Of a stretch of DNA of 64,000 bases, positions 11,159-21,674 are shown in pieces. Both the position numbers and the translations under genes were made by a program. Positions within the stretch are counted from its first letter, which is position 1. Every line of letters starts with the position of its first letter. Location: NCBI GenBank assembly GCA_002168115.1, contig NHCC01000019.1, forward strand, positions 60,288 through 124,287. Reading direction: 5' to 3'. The notes below the pieces were generated by a model that was given only the letters and a program-made list of their open reading frames with translations, had not been told where the DNA came from and searched no databases. This stretch comes from Rhodospirillaceae bacterium TMED23. Its GTDB lineage: Bacteria; Pseudomonadota; Alphaproteobacteria; Rhodospirillales; UBA2165.

Positions 11159-11650
11159 GTGGATAGAAAATTAATATATAATAATATCTTAGATTTACGA
11201 AATAGTTTAAAAAAATCCGACAGACTCATGGGTTTGGATGTTGGATCAAAAACCATTGGCTTATCTCTATCAAATAGCGACCTCAATATTTCTCTGGGCA
11301 TTGATACGATAAAACGCAAAAAATTTAGAGACGACTTAAAAAGATTATCTGAGATAATAAATAATCGTTCTGTTGGCGGATTAGTAATCGGCCTGCCTAT
11401 AAGTATGGATGGTATCGAAGGCCGAGCATGTCAATCAATTAGGCAATTTGGGTATAATATTATTGAACAAATATCTATTGGGATAACATTTTGGGATGAG
11501 AGATTGTCGACTTCTGCGGTTGAGCGATTCCTAATAAAAGATTTAAATATGACCAGAAATAAACGAAGTGAAGTCATAGATAAGTTAGCAGCAACCTATA
11601 TACTACAAGGCGCGCTAGATGCTTTAAATCAACAAAAACAAATCAAGTGA
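11159..11650 (+). CDS. ruvX: Holliday-junction resolvase-like pre-16S rRNA nuclease RuvX/YqgF
   Basis: 163 aa with a GTG start. Motifs are GLDVGSKTIGLS and GLVIGLPISMDG, with DERLST near the C-terminus. Confidence 0.85.
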   Translation: MDRKLIYNNILDLRNSLKKSDRLMGLDVGSKTIGLSLSNSDLNISLGIDTIKRKKFRDDLKRLSEIINNRSVGGLVIGLPISMDGIEGRACQSIRQFGYNIIEQISIGITFWDERLSTSAVERFLIKDLNMTRNKRSEVIDKLAATYILQGALDALNQQKQIK

Positions 11651-11702
11651 CAAAAAAAACGAGCCTTGCCGAATATAAAAGTCATCATTATACTCTGTGA
11701 TT

Positions 11703-12680
11703 ATGGCAAGTAGCCCAGTTAAAAATACTTATTCTCATCGCCATATTTTAGGCATTGAGGGTTTATTTCCTCATGAGATAGAATACGTATTAGAAAAATC
11801 GGAAGAGTACGTTTTACAAAATAGGCAAGTCGATAAAAAAACAAATCTATTGCACGGTTGCACTATAATTAATCTTTTTTTTGAGGATTCTACCAGAACC
11901 AGAACATCATTTGAATTAGCAGCCAAGCGGCTTAGCGCTGATGTAGTCAATATGTCAATTAATAATTCATCAATAAATAAAGGTGAAACATTGATTGATA
12001 CGGCGGCAACACTCAATGCAATGCATCCCGACATATTGGTTGTTAGGGCAGATTTATCGGGTGCTGTTCAACTCCTAGCTGATAAAGTTAACTGTTCGGT
12101 TATAAATGCAGGGGATGGAGGACATGAACATCCCACGCAAGCATTTTTAGATGCACTCACTATTCAACGCCGAAAGCGTAAACTTCAAGGCCTTAAAATA
12201 GCTATTTGTGGCGACATATTACATTCTAGGGTGGCACGATCAAACATATATCTATTAATTACAATGGGAGCTCAGGTTAGATTAGTAGCCCCAAAAACAC
12301 TTATCCCAGCTGGTGCTGAAAATTTGGGAGTAAAAGTTTTCCATACTATGGAAGAAGGACTCGATGACTGCGACATAGTAATGATGCTTCGTTTGCAGAC
12401 TGAGCGCATGGAAGGTAACTTTTTCCCATCCATCCGCGAGTATTTTCATTTTTTTGGCCTAGATTACAAGAAGCTATCCGTGGCGAAATCGGATGCACTG
12501 ATTATGCATCCTGGCCCGGCTAATCGTGGTGTTGAAATTGACTCAGAAGTTGCTGACGATTATAGCCGAAGCGTAATACGTGAGCAAGTAGAGATGGGCG
12601 TTGCCGTCCGGATGGCTTGCTTAGATATACTTTCCAATAATCTTAAGATCGAGAGAGAAGTAAAGTCAAATGAAGCGTAA
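11703..12680 (+). CDS. pyrB: aspartate carbamoyltransferase catalytic subunit
   Basis: Motifs [15 protein letters not shown] and HPGPANRG. I prefer the ATG at 11703 over the ORF-track GTG at 11697. Confidence 0.93.
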   Translation: MASSPVKNTYSHRHILGIEGLFPHEIEYVLEKSEEYVLQNRQVDKKTNLLHGCTIINLFFEDSTRTRTSFELAAKRLSADVVNMSINNSSINKGETLIDTAATLNAMHPDILVVRADLSGAVQLLADKVNCSVINAGDGGHEHPTQAFLDALTIQRRKRKLQGLKIAICGDILHSRVARSNIYLLITMGAQVRLVAPKTLIPAGAENLGVKVFHTMEEGLDDCDIVMMLRLQTERMEGNFFPSIREYFHFFGLDYKKLSVAKSDALIMHPGPANRGVEIDSEVADDYSRSVIREQVEMGVAVRMACLDILSNNLKIEREVKSNEA

Positions 12681-14016
12681 TTGGACACCAAAGCAACCCG
12701 ATAAAATTACTCAGGATAAAGCTTACGTAAATGTCCGTTTACTGGATCCCGCTTCTAATCTTGATATTATCTGTGGTTCAACTGGAGGTTTAATTACTCG
12801 CGGAGAAAAAATTTCTGAGATTGGACCTAAAATATTCGAAAACGGCATATCCGATGACATTGAGGTGATTGATTGTCTTGGGTACTGTCTTGCTCCTGGC
12901 TTAGTCGACATAAGGGTACAGGTAAGAGAACCCGGATACGAACATAAAGAAACAATTGAAAGTGTAGGCTTATCCGCTACTGCCGGCGGAGTTACCACTA
13001 TTGTATGCTTACCTAACACCAAACCGATAATTGCTGATACCTCTCAAGTTGAATTTCTGGCACGAAGAGCCCGAAAAATTGGTTTAACCAAAATCTACCC
13101 TTATGCAGCTCTAACAGCAAATTTAGACGGGAAAAAACTCACTGAAATTGGTTTATTAGCAGAAGCGGGTGCAGTTGCATTTACGGACGGAGATAAGGCT
13201 GTTAAGAATGCCCAAGTCCTAAGGCGAGCTCTAAGTTACGCCCTAACTTTTGATTTACTGATTGTTCAACACCCTGAAGAACCATCACTAGTGCCAAGTG
13301 GTGGAATGAATGCCGGAGAGACAGCAACTCGATTGGGATTACCTGGAATTCCTCGAGAAGCAGAAATCATTATGATTGAGCGCGACATTAGATTAGTTGA
13401 AATGACTGGCGGTCAGTTGCACTTTGCGCATATATCGACGAGCGAATCAGTAAGCGTTATTCGTAAAGCTAAAGAGAAAGGTTTGAAAATAACGTGTGAT
13501 ACAGCACCACCGTATTTTGCTCTTAATGATCAAACCATAGGCGAATACAGAACGTTCGCAAAACTATCTCCACCACTTCGTTCCGAAGACGATCGTATAG
13601 CAATAGTCGGCGGCCTAGTAGATGGCACCATTGATGCAATAGCGAGTGATCATTCTCCGCAAGATGCTGACAGTAAACGTTTACCTTTTACTCAAGCAGA
13701 ATCTGGTGGCGTTGGATTAGAAACATTACTTTCAGTGAGTTTGGACCTTTACCATAATGGGAATCTCTCCCTCCTGAAGGTTCTTGAAAAAATCACAAAT
13801 AGTCCAGCGGAGCTTCTTAATTTGCCAGCAGGTCAACTAGAGATTGGCGGCGCCGCCGATCTAATAATTTTTGATCCTGATTTTGGTTGGCAAGTCAAAG
13901 ATACTGATCTGGTAAGTAAATCCAAAAATACACCTTTTGACCTTCGTCTGGTTCAGGGTATTGTGCGCCGAACAATTATCGATGGACGAACGGTTTATAA
14001 ATCAGAGGGCGAATAG
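12670..14016 (+). CDS. pyrC: dihydroorotase-like amidohydrolase (PyrC-prime-like, HxH metal motif absent)
   Basis: 448 aa with class I DHOase/allantoinase-type fold motifs ([22 protein letters not shown]). It overlaps the pyrB end by 11 nt. The canonical D-x-H-x-H reads DIRVQV at 12907-12924. Confidence 0.8.
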   Translation: MKRNWTPKQPDKITQDKAYVNVRLLDPASNLDIICGSTGGLITRGEKISEIGPKIFENGISDDIEVIDCLGYCLAPGLVDIRVQVREPGYEHKETIESVGLSATAGGVTTIVCLPNTKPIIADTSQVEFLARRARKIGLTKIYPYAALTANLDGKKLTEIGLLAEAGAVAFTDGDKAVKNAQVLRRALSYALTFDLLIVQHPEEPSLVPSGGMNAGETATRLGLPGIPREAEIIMIERDIRLVEMTGGQLHFAHISTSESVSVIRKAKEKGLKITCDTAPPYFALNDQTIGEYRTFAKLSPPLRSEDDRIAIVGGLVDGTIDAIASDHSPQDADSKRLPFTQAESGGVGLETLLSVSLDLYHNGNLSLLKVLEKITNSPAELLNLPAGQLEIGGAADLIIFDPDFGWQVKDTDLVSKSKNTPFDLRLVQGIVRRTIIDGRTVYKSEGE

Positions 14017-14027
14017 TAAAAAACACT

Positions 14028-14666
14028 ATGGCTGAAAATTTAATAAATAACTTAACCGTAGATTTTTTTTTCATATCTGTTTTATCGTATTTAGTAGGCT
14101 CTATACCCTTCGGTTTGATATTTACACGAATTGCCGGATTAGGGGATATCAGATCAATAGGTTCAGGCAACCTAGGTGCGACAAATGTTTTAAGAACTGG
14201 AAATAAAACACTCGCATTACTTACATTATTGTCAGATGCTGGAAAAGGCGGAGCAATAATTATTTTTACCCAACATTTTTATTCTGACGACAACAGCTTT
14301 ATTCCTTTTATAATATTATCGGGAATACTTTTGGTATTGGGCCACAACTTTCCTGTTTGGCTGCGATTCAAAGGAGGAAAAGGTATAGCGACAACCTTAG
14401 GAATATTAATTGCTGCCAACTGGATAGTTGGCATAGCTGCTTGTCTGACTTGGCTAATTATAGCTTTATTATTCAGATACTCATCGCTGGCTGCTTTAAT
14501 CGCCATTATTACCTCGCCCATTTATGCATGGCATTTAAATGATACCAATTTAGTAATTTTGACCGGTATATTTGTCATATTAGCATTTTTTCAGCATCGA
14601 GAAAATATTATCAGATTAGTTAAAGGTAACGAAAATAAAATAAATCTTGGAAAAAACCGAAATTAA
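14028..14666 (+). CDS. plsY: glycerol-3-phosphate acyltransferase PlsY
   Basis: 212 aa, multi-TM, with motifs GSGNLGATNVLR and HNFPVWLRFKGGKG. Confidence 0.9.
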   Translation: MAENLINNLTVDFFFISVLSYLVGSIPFGLIFTRIAGLGDIRSIGSGNLGATNVLRTGNKTLALLTLLSDAGKGGAIIIFTQHFYSDDNSFIPFIILSGILLVLGHNFPVWLRFKGGKGIATTLGILIAANWIVGIAACLTWLIIALLFRYSSLAALIAIITSPIYAWHLNDTNLVILTGIFVILAFFQHRENIIRLVKGNENKINLGKNRN

Positions 14667-14874
14667 ATTTGTAGCTTCATTAACTAAATAAAACTTTAAC
14701 CGCACAGAGTTTCGTAAAAAAATAAAATTTCTTATTAGTTTCTATTGACGAAATCACTTCCCAATGCCACATGTGCATAAAGAAAGTTTGAAAGTTCTAT
14801 AAAAGTTAGAACATTTAGCTTTTGATAAGAATCATTAATTTTCCGTTTTAATTCGTACGAGTTGATAAATTAAG

Positions 14875-17520
14875 ATGTCAAATATTGTAATTGTTGAGTC
14901 GCCCTCCAAAGCGAAAACCATAAATAAATATCTCGGCACTAATTATAAAGTGCTTGCGAGTTATGGGCATATTAGGGATTTACCTTCAAAAAATGGCTCC
15001 GTGAATCCAGATGAAGGTTTTGGCATGATTTGGGAAACGGATAGCAAGTCTAATAAACAAGTTAAGGAAATAGTCTCAGCAATGAAGAGTGCTGAATGCT
15101 TATATTTAGCGACAGATCCAGACCGAGAGGGTGAAGCGATATCATGGCACGTACAAGAGGTACTTAATAATAAAAATCTCTTAAACGGTATCCCAGTAAA
15201 ACGCGTTGTTTTTAACGAAATAACTAAAAAAGCTATTTTAGAAGCATTCAAAAACCCTAGAGAACTCGATAAGGAACTAGTTGATGCATACTTAGCACGG
15301 AGAGCGTTAGATTATTTAGTGGGATTCACTCTATCTCCTGTCTTATGGAGAAAGTTACCAGGAAGCCGATCGGCGGGCAGGGTACAGTCTGTCGCTCTTC
15401 GAATGATTTGCGAGAGAGAGACAGAAATTGAAGCTTTTAATCCATTAGAATTTTGGACTATAAAAGTAGAGTTTATAACTTTAGGTAAAAAAGCATTTAC
15501 CGCAAATCTGACGCATTTAAATGGTAAAAGATTAGAAAAACTAGATCTTAAGACCCAACTCGATGCCGAGAACGCTTTACACAAAATAAAAGATCAAGAT
15601 TTTTCAATTTCCACCGTTGAGAGAAAGCAAACAAAACGCAATCCCCCCGCCCCTTTTACTACCTCAACTTTGCAGCAAGAAGCTGCTCGGAAATTATATT
15701 TTGGCGCCAAAAAAACGATGCAGACGGCCCAAAAATTATATGAAGGAGTAACTATTGATGGAGAAACAACCGGCCTTATAAGCTACATGAGAACCGATGG
15801 CGTATCTATTTCTAACGACGCAATTAATAATATTAGATCCCATGTCAAAAACACAAATGGTCCAGAATATTTGCCAGATAGCCCTAGAATGTATAAATCA
15901 AAAGCGAAAAATGCACAGGAGGCTCACGAAGCTATTAGACCAACAGATATTAATCGTTTGCCATCAAATATGACTATGCTTGATGATGATCAACTAAGAT
16001 TATACCGGCTTATTTGGAATCGAACTCTAGCCAGCCAAATGGCGTCCGCAGTTATAGATCAAGTTGCTGTTAATATTAGACCAATAGAAGCATTGAAAGA
16101 TAATGATTCTATAACATTAAGGGCAACGGGTTCAATTATCGCTTTTGATGGCTTTCTAAAGTTATATCAAGAGGGCAAAGATGAGAGGGTTGAGGAAGAC
16201 CAAGATAACTCAAATGATAAGGATCGGATTTTACCCCCGTTAGAGATTGGCGAATATTTAAAAAAAGAAGATTTAAAAACTGAACAGCATTTTACGCAAC
16301 CACCGCCGCGCTTCTCTGAAGCTAGTCTTGTAAAAAAACTAGAGGAACTTGGAATTGGTAGACCTTCGACCTACGCTTCAATCATCTCAGTGCTGCAAGA
16401 CCGTAATTATGTCAAAGTAGAAAACCGTCGATTCTTCTCGGAGGATCGAGGCCGTTTAGTTACAGCTTTTTTATCGAACTTCTTTAGCCAATATGTAGAA
16501 TACAGTTTTACGGCTGACCTAGAAGAAAAACTAGATGAAATATCTGATGGAAATCTTGATTACAAATCAGTTTTACTTGACTTTTGGACTCATTTTAAAA
16601 CAGCCGTAGACGGAACGGCAGATTTACGGGTGAGAGAGGTTTTAGATGTTTTGAATGAAAAACTTGGCCCACATTTTTTCCATAGTACCGAAAACGGATC
16701 TAACCCTCGACAGTGTCCTTCCTGCAAAGATGGAGAGTTAAGTTTGAAATTGGGGCGCCATGGTGCTTTTATAGGATGTTCAAGGTATCCCGATTGTAAT
16801 CATACACGCCCCTTATCAATATCCGAAGGGAATAATACAGATTTCCTAGATAATGGGATAAAAGATTTAGGTAACCACCCAGAATCCAAGGAAAATATAA
16901 CTTTAAGGCGAGGACCATATGGCTTCTATATCCAGGTAGGTGAAGTTCAAGGAAAGAAGAAGCCAAAAAGAAGTTCGTTAACGAAAACCATGAACCCGGC
17001 AGAAGTTGATTTGGAATTAGCCCTAAAACTTATTAAACTTCCACGTGAGGTGGGTCTATATCCAGAAACAGGACAGATGATAACGGCAGGAATTGGACCA
17101 TTTGGTCCCTTTATTAAACTTGCGGGAACATATGTATCCCTCAAAGAAGATGACGTACTAACCATTGGGCTTAATCGAGCCTGCGACCTTTTGGCAAACG
17201 CACCCAAAAAACCAGAACCACGCGAAGTTGGAATACACCCAAGAACCAAGAAACCAGTTATGATGAGATGGGGAAGATGGGGTCCCTTTGTTCAACATGG
17301 AAAAATTAAAGCAAACATGCCTAAAGATATGAAAGAGCCCAAGGGCGAGGAAAATAAACAAAAAACACCAGACCTGGAATTAGCCTTAACATGGTTGGCT
17401 GCAAAAGGGGACAAAACCAAAACAACAAAAAAAGTTAAGGCAGTTAAAAAAAATAATAATAAAAAAGAGACCCCTTCAAATCCAAAACGAGTAGAATCTC
17501 AGTCAGAACCGAGTTCGTGA
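14875..17520 (+). CDS. topA: DNA topoisomerase I
   Basis: 881 aa with a Toprim start (IVESPSKAKTI), active-site YMRTDG, one zinc ribbon (CPSC...CSRYPDC) and a Lys-rich C-terminal tail. Confidence 0.95.
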   Translation: MSNIVIVESPSKAKTINKYLGTNYKVLASYGHIRDLPSKNGSVNPDEGFGMIWETDSKSNKQVKEIVSAMKSAECLYLATDPDREGEAISWHVQEVLNNKNLLNGIPVKRVVFNEITKKAILEAFKNPRELDKELVDAYLARRALDYLVGFTLSPVLWRKLPGSRSAGRVQSVALRMICERETEIEAFNPLEFWTIKVEFITLGKKAFTANLTHLNGKRLEKLDLKTQLDAENALHKIKDQDFSISTVERKQTKRNPPAPFTTSTLQQEAARKLYFGAKKTMQTAQKLYEGVTIDGETTGLISYMRTDGVSISNDAINNIRSHVKNTNGPEYLPDSPRMYKSKAKNAQEAHEAIRPTDINRLPSNMTMLDDDQLRLYRLIWNRTLASQMASAVIDQVAVNIRPIEALKDNDSITLRATGSIIAFDGFLKLYQEGKDERVEEDQDNSNDKDRILPPLEIGEYLKKEDLKTEQHFTQPPPRFSEASLVKKLEELGIGRPSTYASIISVLQDRNYVKVENRRFFSEDRGRLVTAFLSNFFSQYVEYSFTADLEEKLDEISDGNLDYKSVLLDFWTHFKTAVDGTADLRVREVLDVLNEKLGPHFFHSTENGSNPRQCPSCKDGELSLKLGRHGAFIGCSRYPDCNHTRPLSISEGNNTDFLDNGIKDLGNHPESKENITLRRGPYGFYIQVGEVQGKKKPKRSSLTKTMNPAEVDLELALKLIKLPREVGLYPETGQMITAGIGPFGPFIKLAGTYVSLKEDDVLTIGLNRACDLLANAPKKPEPREVGIHPRTKKPVMMRWGRWGPFVQHGKIKANMPKDMKEPKGEENKQKTPDLELALTWLAAKGDKTKTTKKVKAVKKNNNKKETPSNPKRVESQSEPSS

Positions 17521-19712
17521 ATTCCAAGGAATATACTCCATTGCTAATAGATCCAGAAAAAAAAATACTGGATTTTCTCAGCAAACAAAAAAGTTCAGTA
17601 ACTTTACGTAAAATTCTAACTGGCATTGGATCTAAAGATCGAGTTGGAATTAAATTGATTATCCGTAAGTTAGAGAAGAGAGGAAATATAGAGAAAAGCC
17701 ATGGGAAAAAATATTTTTTAAGCGGAAAATTAGCACCCGTAGGTATAATTGAAATTATTGAAATTGATGAATTTGGCGATTTAATAGCCAAACCCTGTAA
17801 TTGGAAGTATCAGATCCCGTACCCCAAGATCATTATAAAATTCAATAAACAACGCAAAAGTTTTAACTCGATTCTAAAATATGGTGACACGATCTTGGCA
17901 CGACTAAGTCTAGTCTCTGAAAATACCTACAACGCCTCCGTCATAAAGAAACTAGAACAATCAAAAAAGTCAGTTATTGGTATATATGAAAAAACCCCCA
18001 ATGGTGGACTACTTAAGCCAACAGATAAAAAATTTCGTTATGAATATACTGTAACTAGTGATGGTCAAAATGGCGCCAAATCAGGGGACCTGGTATTAGG
18101 TGAAATTACTTCCCAAAAGAAATTTGGTAAAAATATCGCTTTAATCTCTAAAATTTTTAATTTTAACAAAGCCTTTAAAAATCAGCAACCATTCTCGAAT
18201 ATAGCCTTACACGAGAATGAAATACCATTCACTTTTAACGATACGATCCTAGAACAAGTAAATAACTTAGGAAATTTTTCAAACAAACTCAGAGAAGACC
18301 TCAGAAATATTCCACTTATAACCATTGATGATCATGATGCCAAAGATTTTGATGATGCAGTTTTTGCAGAACCCTGGAAGCATGAGGAGAATTCCAATGG
18401 TTGGCACATAATCGTAGCAATAGCAGATGTTGCTTGGTACGTTCGGGAAGGGATGGAGCTTGATCAGGAAGCTTTTGACCGAGGTAATTCGGTATATTTT
18501 CCCGATATGGTTGTTCCAATGCTCCCTGAAAAGTTGTCAAACGATTTATGTTCACTGAAACCTAACGAGGATCGTCCATGTCTAGCAGTGCATATATGGA
18601 TAGATGGCAACGGTAATATGATTGAGTTCAAATTTATAAGGGGTCTAATGCGATCCTTTGCTCGATTAAACTATCAACAAGTACAAATGGTAATTGAAGG
18701 CAAAGCTGATATCAAAATATCAAAATTTTCAAAAGACGCTATAGAACCTCTTTTTCTAGCGTATAAAGCACTTTGTAAGGCGAAAAATGATCGCAATCCT
18801 CTTGATTTGGAACTTCCTGAAAAAAGAATTATACTAAATAATGATGGTAAAATATCCGATGTTATTCAACGCCCAAGGTATGATAGCCACAAATTAATTG
18901 AAGAATTCATGATTACAGCAAACGTCGCAGCGGCGACCGAGTTAGAAAAAAAATCAAAAAAATTTTTATATCGCATTCATGCAGAACCTCCAGCTAAAAA
19001 TTTAGAGAGCTTAAGGTCTTTCCTAAAATCACTCGGATACACACTTTCAAAGGGCCAAGTCTTAGCACCGCTTAATTTTAATCAAATTCTTAAAAAATCT
19101 AAAAACAGTGATGTCTACGAGGCGATTACTCAAATGATACTTAGAAGTCAATCTCAAGCAGTTTATTCGGCTGAAAATATTGGCCACTTTGGTCTTAGTT
19201 TGAGGCGTTATTGTCATTTTACTTCCCCTATCCGAAGATACTCTGACCTGATTGTTCATCGTGCTTTAATTTCAGCAAACTCTCTCGGCGAGGGTGGTTT
19301 TTCAAAAGAAGATCTAGATATTGAATCAATCGCGGAGCATACCAGTATAGCGGAGAGACGGGCGTCCAAGGCTGAGCGGCAATCAACTGATAGATTTGCG
19401 GCTGCATATTTATCCGATAAGATTGGAGAAAATTTTCAAGGCAAGGTGAATGGTATCGCAAAATTTGGACTATTCATTTCACTAGATAAAATAGGAATAG
19501 ACGGGTTAATTCCGATAAGATCATTATCCGACGACTTTTATAAATTTGACGAACGCCGCATGTTATTGAAAGGTTCAAGAAAAGGGGTTACCTTCTCACT
19601 AGGAATGTGTGTCAAGGTTAAAATTAAAGAGTCTAACCCCATTTCTGGCACTCTATTATTAGAATTAGTGGACACATACCATAGATCCAAGTCACCTGAA
19701 CGGAGGCCTTAA
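17517..19712 (+). CDS. rnr: ribonuclease R
   Basis: 731 aa with the RNB catalytic motif DAKDFDDAVF, HFGL...YCHFTSPIRRYSDL and a C-terminal S1 domain. The GTG start overlaps the topA stop (GTGA). Confidence 0.9.
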   Translation: MNSKEYTPLLIDPEKKILDFLSKQKSSVTLRKILTGIGSKDRVGIKLIIRKLEKRGNIEKSHGKKYFLSGKLAPVGIIEIIEIDEFGDLIAKPCNWKYQIPYPKIIIKFNKQRKSFNSILKYGDTILARLSLVSENTYNASVIKKLEQSKKSVIGIYEKTPNGGLLKPTDKKFRYEYTVTSDGQNGAKSGDLVLGEITSQKKFGKNIALISKIFNFNKAFKNQQPFSNIALHENEIPFTFNDTILEQVNNLGNFSNKLREDLRNIPLITIDDHDAKDFDDAVFAEPWKHEENSNGWHIIVAIADVAWYVREGMELDQEAFDRGNSVYFPDMVVPMLPEKLSNDLCSLKPNEDRPCLAVHIWIDGNGNMIEFKFIRGLMRSFARLNYQQVQMVIEGKADIKISKFSKDAIEPLFLAYKALCKAKNDRNPLDLELPEKRIILNNDGKISDVIQRPRYDSHKLIEEFMITANVAAATELEKKSKKFLYRIHAEPPAKNLESLRSFLKSLGYTLSKGQVLAPLNFNQILKKSKNSDVYEAITQMILRSQSQAVYSAENIGHFGLSLRRYCHFTSPIRRYSDLIVHRALISANSLGEGGFSKEDLDIESIAEHTSIAERRASKAERQSTDRFAAAYLSDKIGENFQGKVNGIAKFGLFISLDKIGIDGLIPIRSLSDDFYKFDERRMLLKGSRKGVTFSLGMCVKVKIKESNPISGTLLLELVDTYHRSKSPERRP

Positions 19713-20138
19713 AAACGAAATAAATAAAATATTCCGAGCCAATAAATAAATCTATATATAGGCAGAGAGAAAGCTCTATTCGATCTAAATAAAAATCTTT
19801 TATTTATAAATTTAAACGCGGAGCAATATTTACATAGATAAATTGCGGGTATACTCACAATTTGTGCAGCAAAATATAAACTTAATGATCCTATTAATTA
19901 TATTAAAAATGCAATAAGGGAAAAATTGCATCAAAATTTCTCTAAGCTATGGGAAACAACACCTAATGATAAGCCAAGCAACCTATTGTAATTAAAAAAA
20001 TTTTGTACAACAGCAAAGAATCTCAGTAAAATTGATATTAGTTTAGCTGAACCATTTTTGTGGAATCCAATATTGTAAAGGAAGTTGGATTTAACTCATT
20101 AACTTTGAAATTATTCAAGAAAGTCAATATTGTTCTTG

Positions 20139-20166
20139 TTGACAGATCGACTTGAAACGTTATTGT
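20139..20166 (+). promoter_or_regulatory. candidate sigma70-type promoter of rpmG
   Basis: TTGACA (20139-20144), a 16-nt spacer, then TATTGT (20161-20166), about 38 nt upstream of the rpmG ATG. An AGGTGA Shine-Dalgarno sits at 20192-20197. Confidence 0.4.
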
Positions 20167-20203
20167 GCGCAGCGTTTACAGTTATTTAATTAGGTGAGAA
20201 ATT

Positions 20204-20371
20204 ATGGCTAAACCAGCGACAGTATTAGTTAAGTTAGTCAGTACGGCTGAAACAGGGTTCTATTATGTGACAAAAAAAAATCCACGTAATCAAACCGAAA
20301 AAATGGAATTTAAAAAATATGACCCTGTAGTGAGAAAACACGTTGTTTTTAAAGAAGGAAAAATCAAGTAA
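20204..20371 (+). CDS. rpmG: 50S ribosomal protein L33
   Basis: 55-aa ORF found by eye; it is below the ORF-track size cutoff. [55 protein letters not shown] is a typical L33. Confidence 0.9.
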   Translation: MAKPATVLVKLVSTAETGFYYVTKKNPRNQTEKMEFKKYDPVVRKHVVFKEGKIK

Positions 20372-20512
20372 GAATTCTAAATTTACGATATTACTGCCAA
20401 GACGATTTTAGTATAACTTACTGATCTAAACTCCATAAGGCATTGCTCTTTAATTAGAGAGTGTAATAAATACCTACTTGCGACATTAATAATACAATAT
20501 TATTCTAGCTAA

Positions 20513-21514
20513 ATGTTAGATAAGAGTTCAATAAAAGGTTCGAAAGAAAACAAATCGGCTAGAGAGTGCCTCATAGCTGTTGTAATCCCTTGTTATCGAG
20601 AAAAATCTAAAATTCTAGATGTACTTCTTAAAATTGATTCAACCATCGATAAAATAATTGTCATAGATGATGCTTGTCCAGAAAAAACGGGTGAGTATGT
20701 TGCTAAAAATTCAATTGATCCAAGAGTATTAGTAGTTACGCACTCTCAAAACCAAGGTGTTGGTGGAGCCACCATAAGTGGCTATAAAAAAGCACTTGAA
20801 CTAAATTCTGATGTCATCGTCAAAATGGATGGAGACGGGCAAATGGATACAAAAAATATTGGAAAGTTAATCAAACCTATTCTTAATGGAGATGCAGACT
20901 ACACAAAGGGTAATAGATTTTATAGTCCTGATAATTTATCAACTATGCCGAAGAGTAGGCTAATAGGAAATTTGCTGCTCTCTTTCGCATCGAAAATGTC
21001 GAGCGGATACTGGCGTATATTTGACCCTACCAATGGGTTTACAGCCATTCATAATAAAGTTTTAAAAGAACTACCATTAGATAAAATTAGTAAAGATTAC
21101 TTTTTTGAGTCAGATATGCTATTTCGTCTAAACATAACAAGGGCGGTTGTATGTGATATTCCTATGAAAGCTATTTATGCAGATGAAACAAGCACTTTAA
21201 AAATATCTAAAATTCTAATGCCGTTTTCGAAAAAACATATAATAAATGTTTTTAAAAGAATTACCTATAATTATTTCCTTCGAGATTTCAGTATAGCGTC
21301 GATTGAATTGCTAGCGAGTATAATACTAATTTTGTTTGGGGTGTTTTATGGTACCCAAGAATGGTTGATTAGTTCACAAACTGGTATTCCAGCCACAGCA
21401 GGTACCGTAATAATCGCAGCTTTGCCTATATTAGTTGGAAGTCAGTTGTTTATCAGTTTTTTAAATTTTGATGTAAATTATGAGCCCGACAAACCTATTC
21501 ATAATAAATTATAA
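20513..21514 (+). CDS. family 2 glycosyltransferase, polyprenyl-phosphate sugar transferase-like (GtrB/DPM1 architecture)
   Basis: 333 aa with GT-A motifs VVIPCYRE, DDACPE and MDGDGQ, followed by two C-terminal TM helices. Confidence 0.8.
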   Translation: MLDKSSIKGSKENKSARECLIAVVIPCYREKSKILDVLLKIDSTIDKIIVIDDACPEKTGEYVAKNSIDPRVLVVTHSQNQGVGGATISGYKKALELNSDVIVKMDGDGQMDTKNIGKLIKPILNGDADYTKGNRFYSPDNLSTMPKSRLIGNLLLSFASKMSSGYWRIFDPTNGFTAIHNKVLKELPLDKISKDYFFESDMLFRLNITRAVVCDIPMKAIYADETSTLKISKILMPFSKKHIINVFKRITYNYFLRDFSIASIELLASIILILFGVFYGTQEWLISSQTGIPATAGTVIIAALPILVGSQLFISFLNFDVNYEPDKPIHNKL

Positions 21515-21674
21515 AAGGATTTCACTCCTAGTCATTTACCCATCTTTTATTGATCCTATTTTAATTTAAGGCCTGTCTGCTTATAAGCTTTAAATTGATA
21601 AAAATTACTATAAAGTAATTAAAACGATTTAAAATTGGAAATAAAATTATTAAAAATGAAGCAAGTGGTAATTT

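Noticed and set aside
11092-11319. 75-aa minus-strand ORF overlapping the ruvX 5' end
   Set aside because: It overlaps the RuvX N-terminus, which has the conserved GLDVGSKTIG motif. It is low-complexity and AT-driven.
2764-17361. Many further short track ORFs nested in or antisense to called genes. Examples: 2764-2952, 3295-4600 group, 5447-5764, 6171-6461, 7746-8018, 9262-9462, 9675-9899, 11771-12034, 12723-13022, 13976-14170, 14279-14542, 14961-15584, 16769-17361.
   Set aside because: All lie within longer ORFs that have clear homology patterns. None has a plausible RBS plus recognisable fold pattern.
17444-17791. 115-aa minus-strand ORF across the topA/rnr junction
   Set aside because: It is antisense to two confidently called genes.
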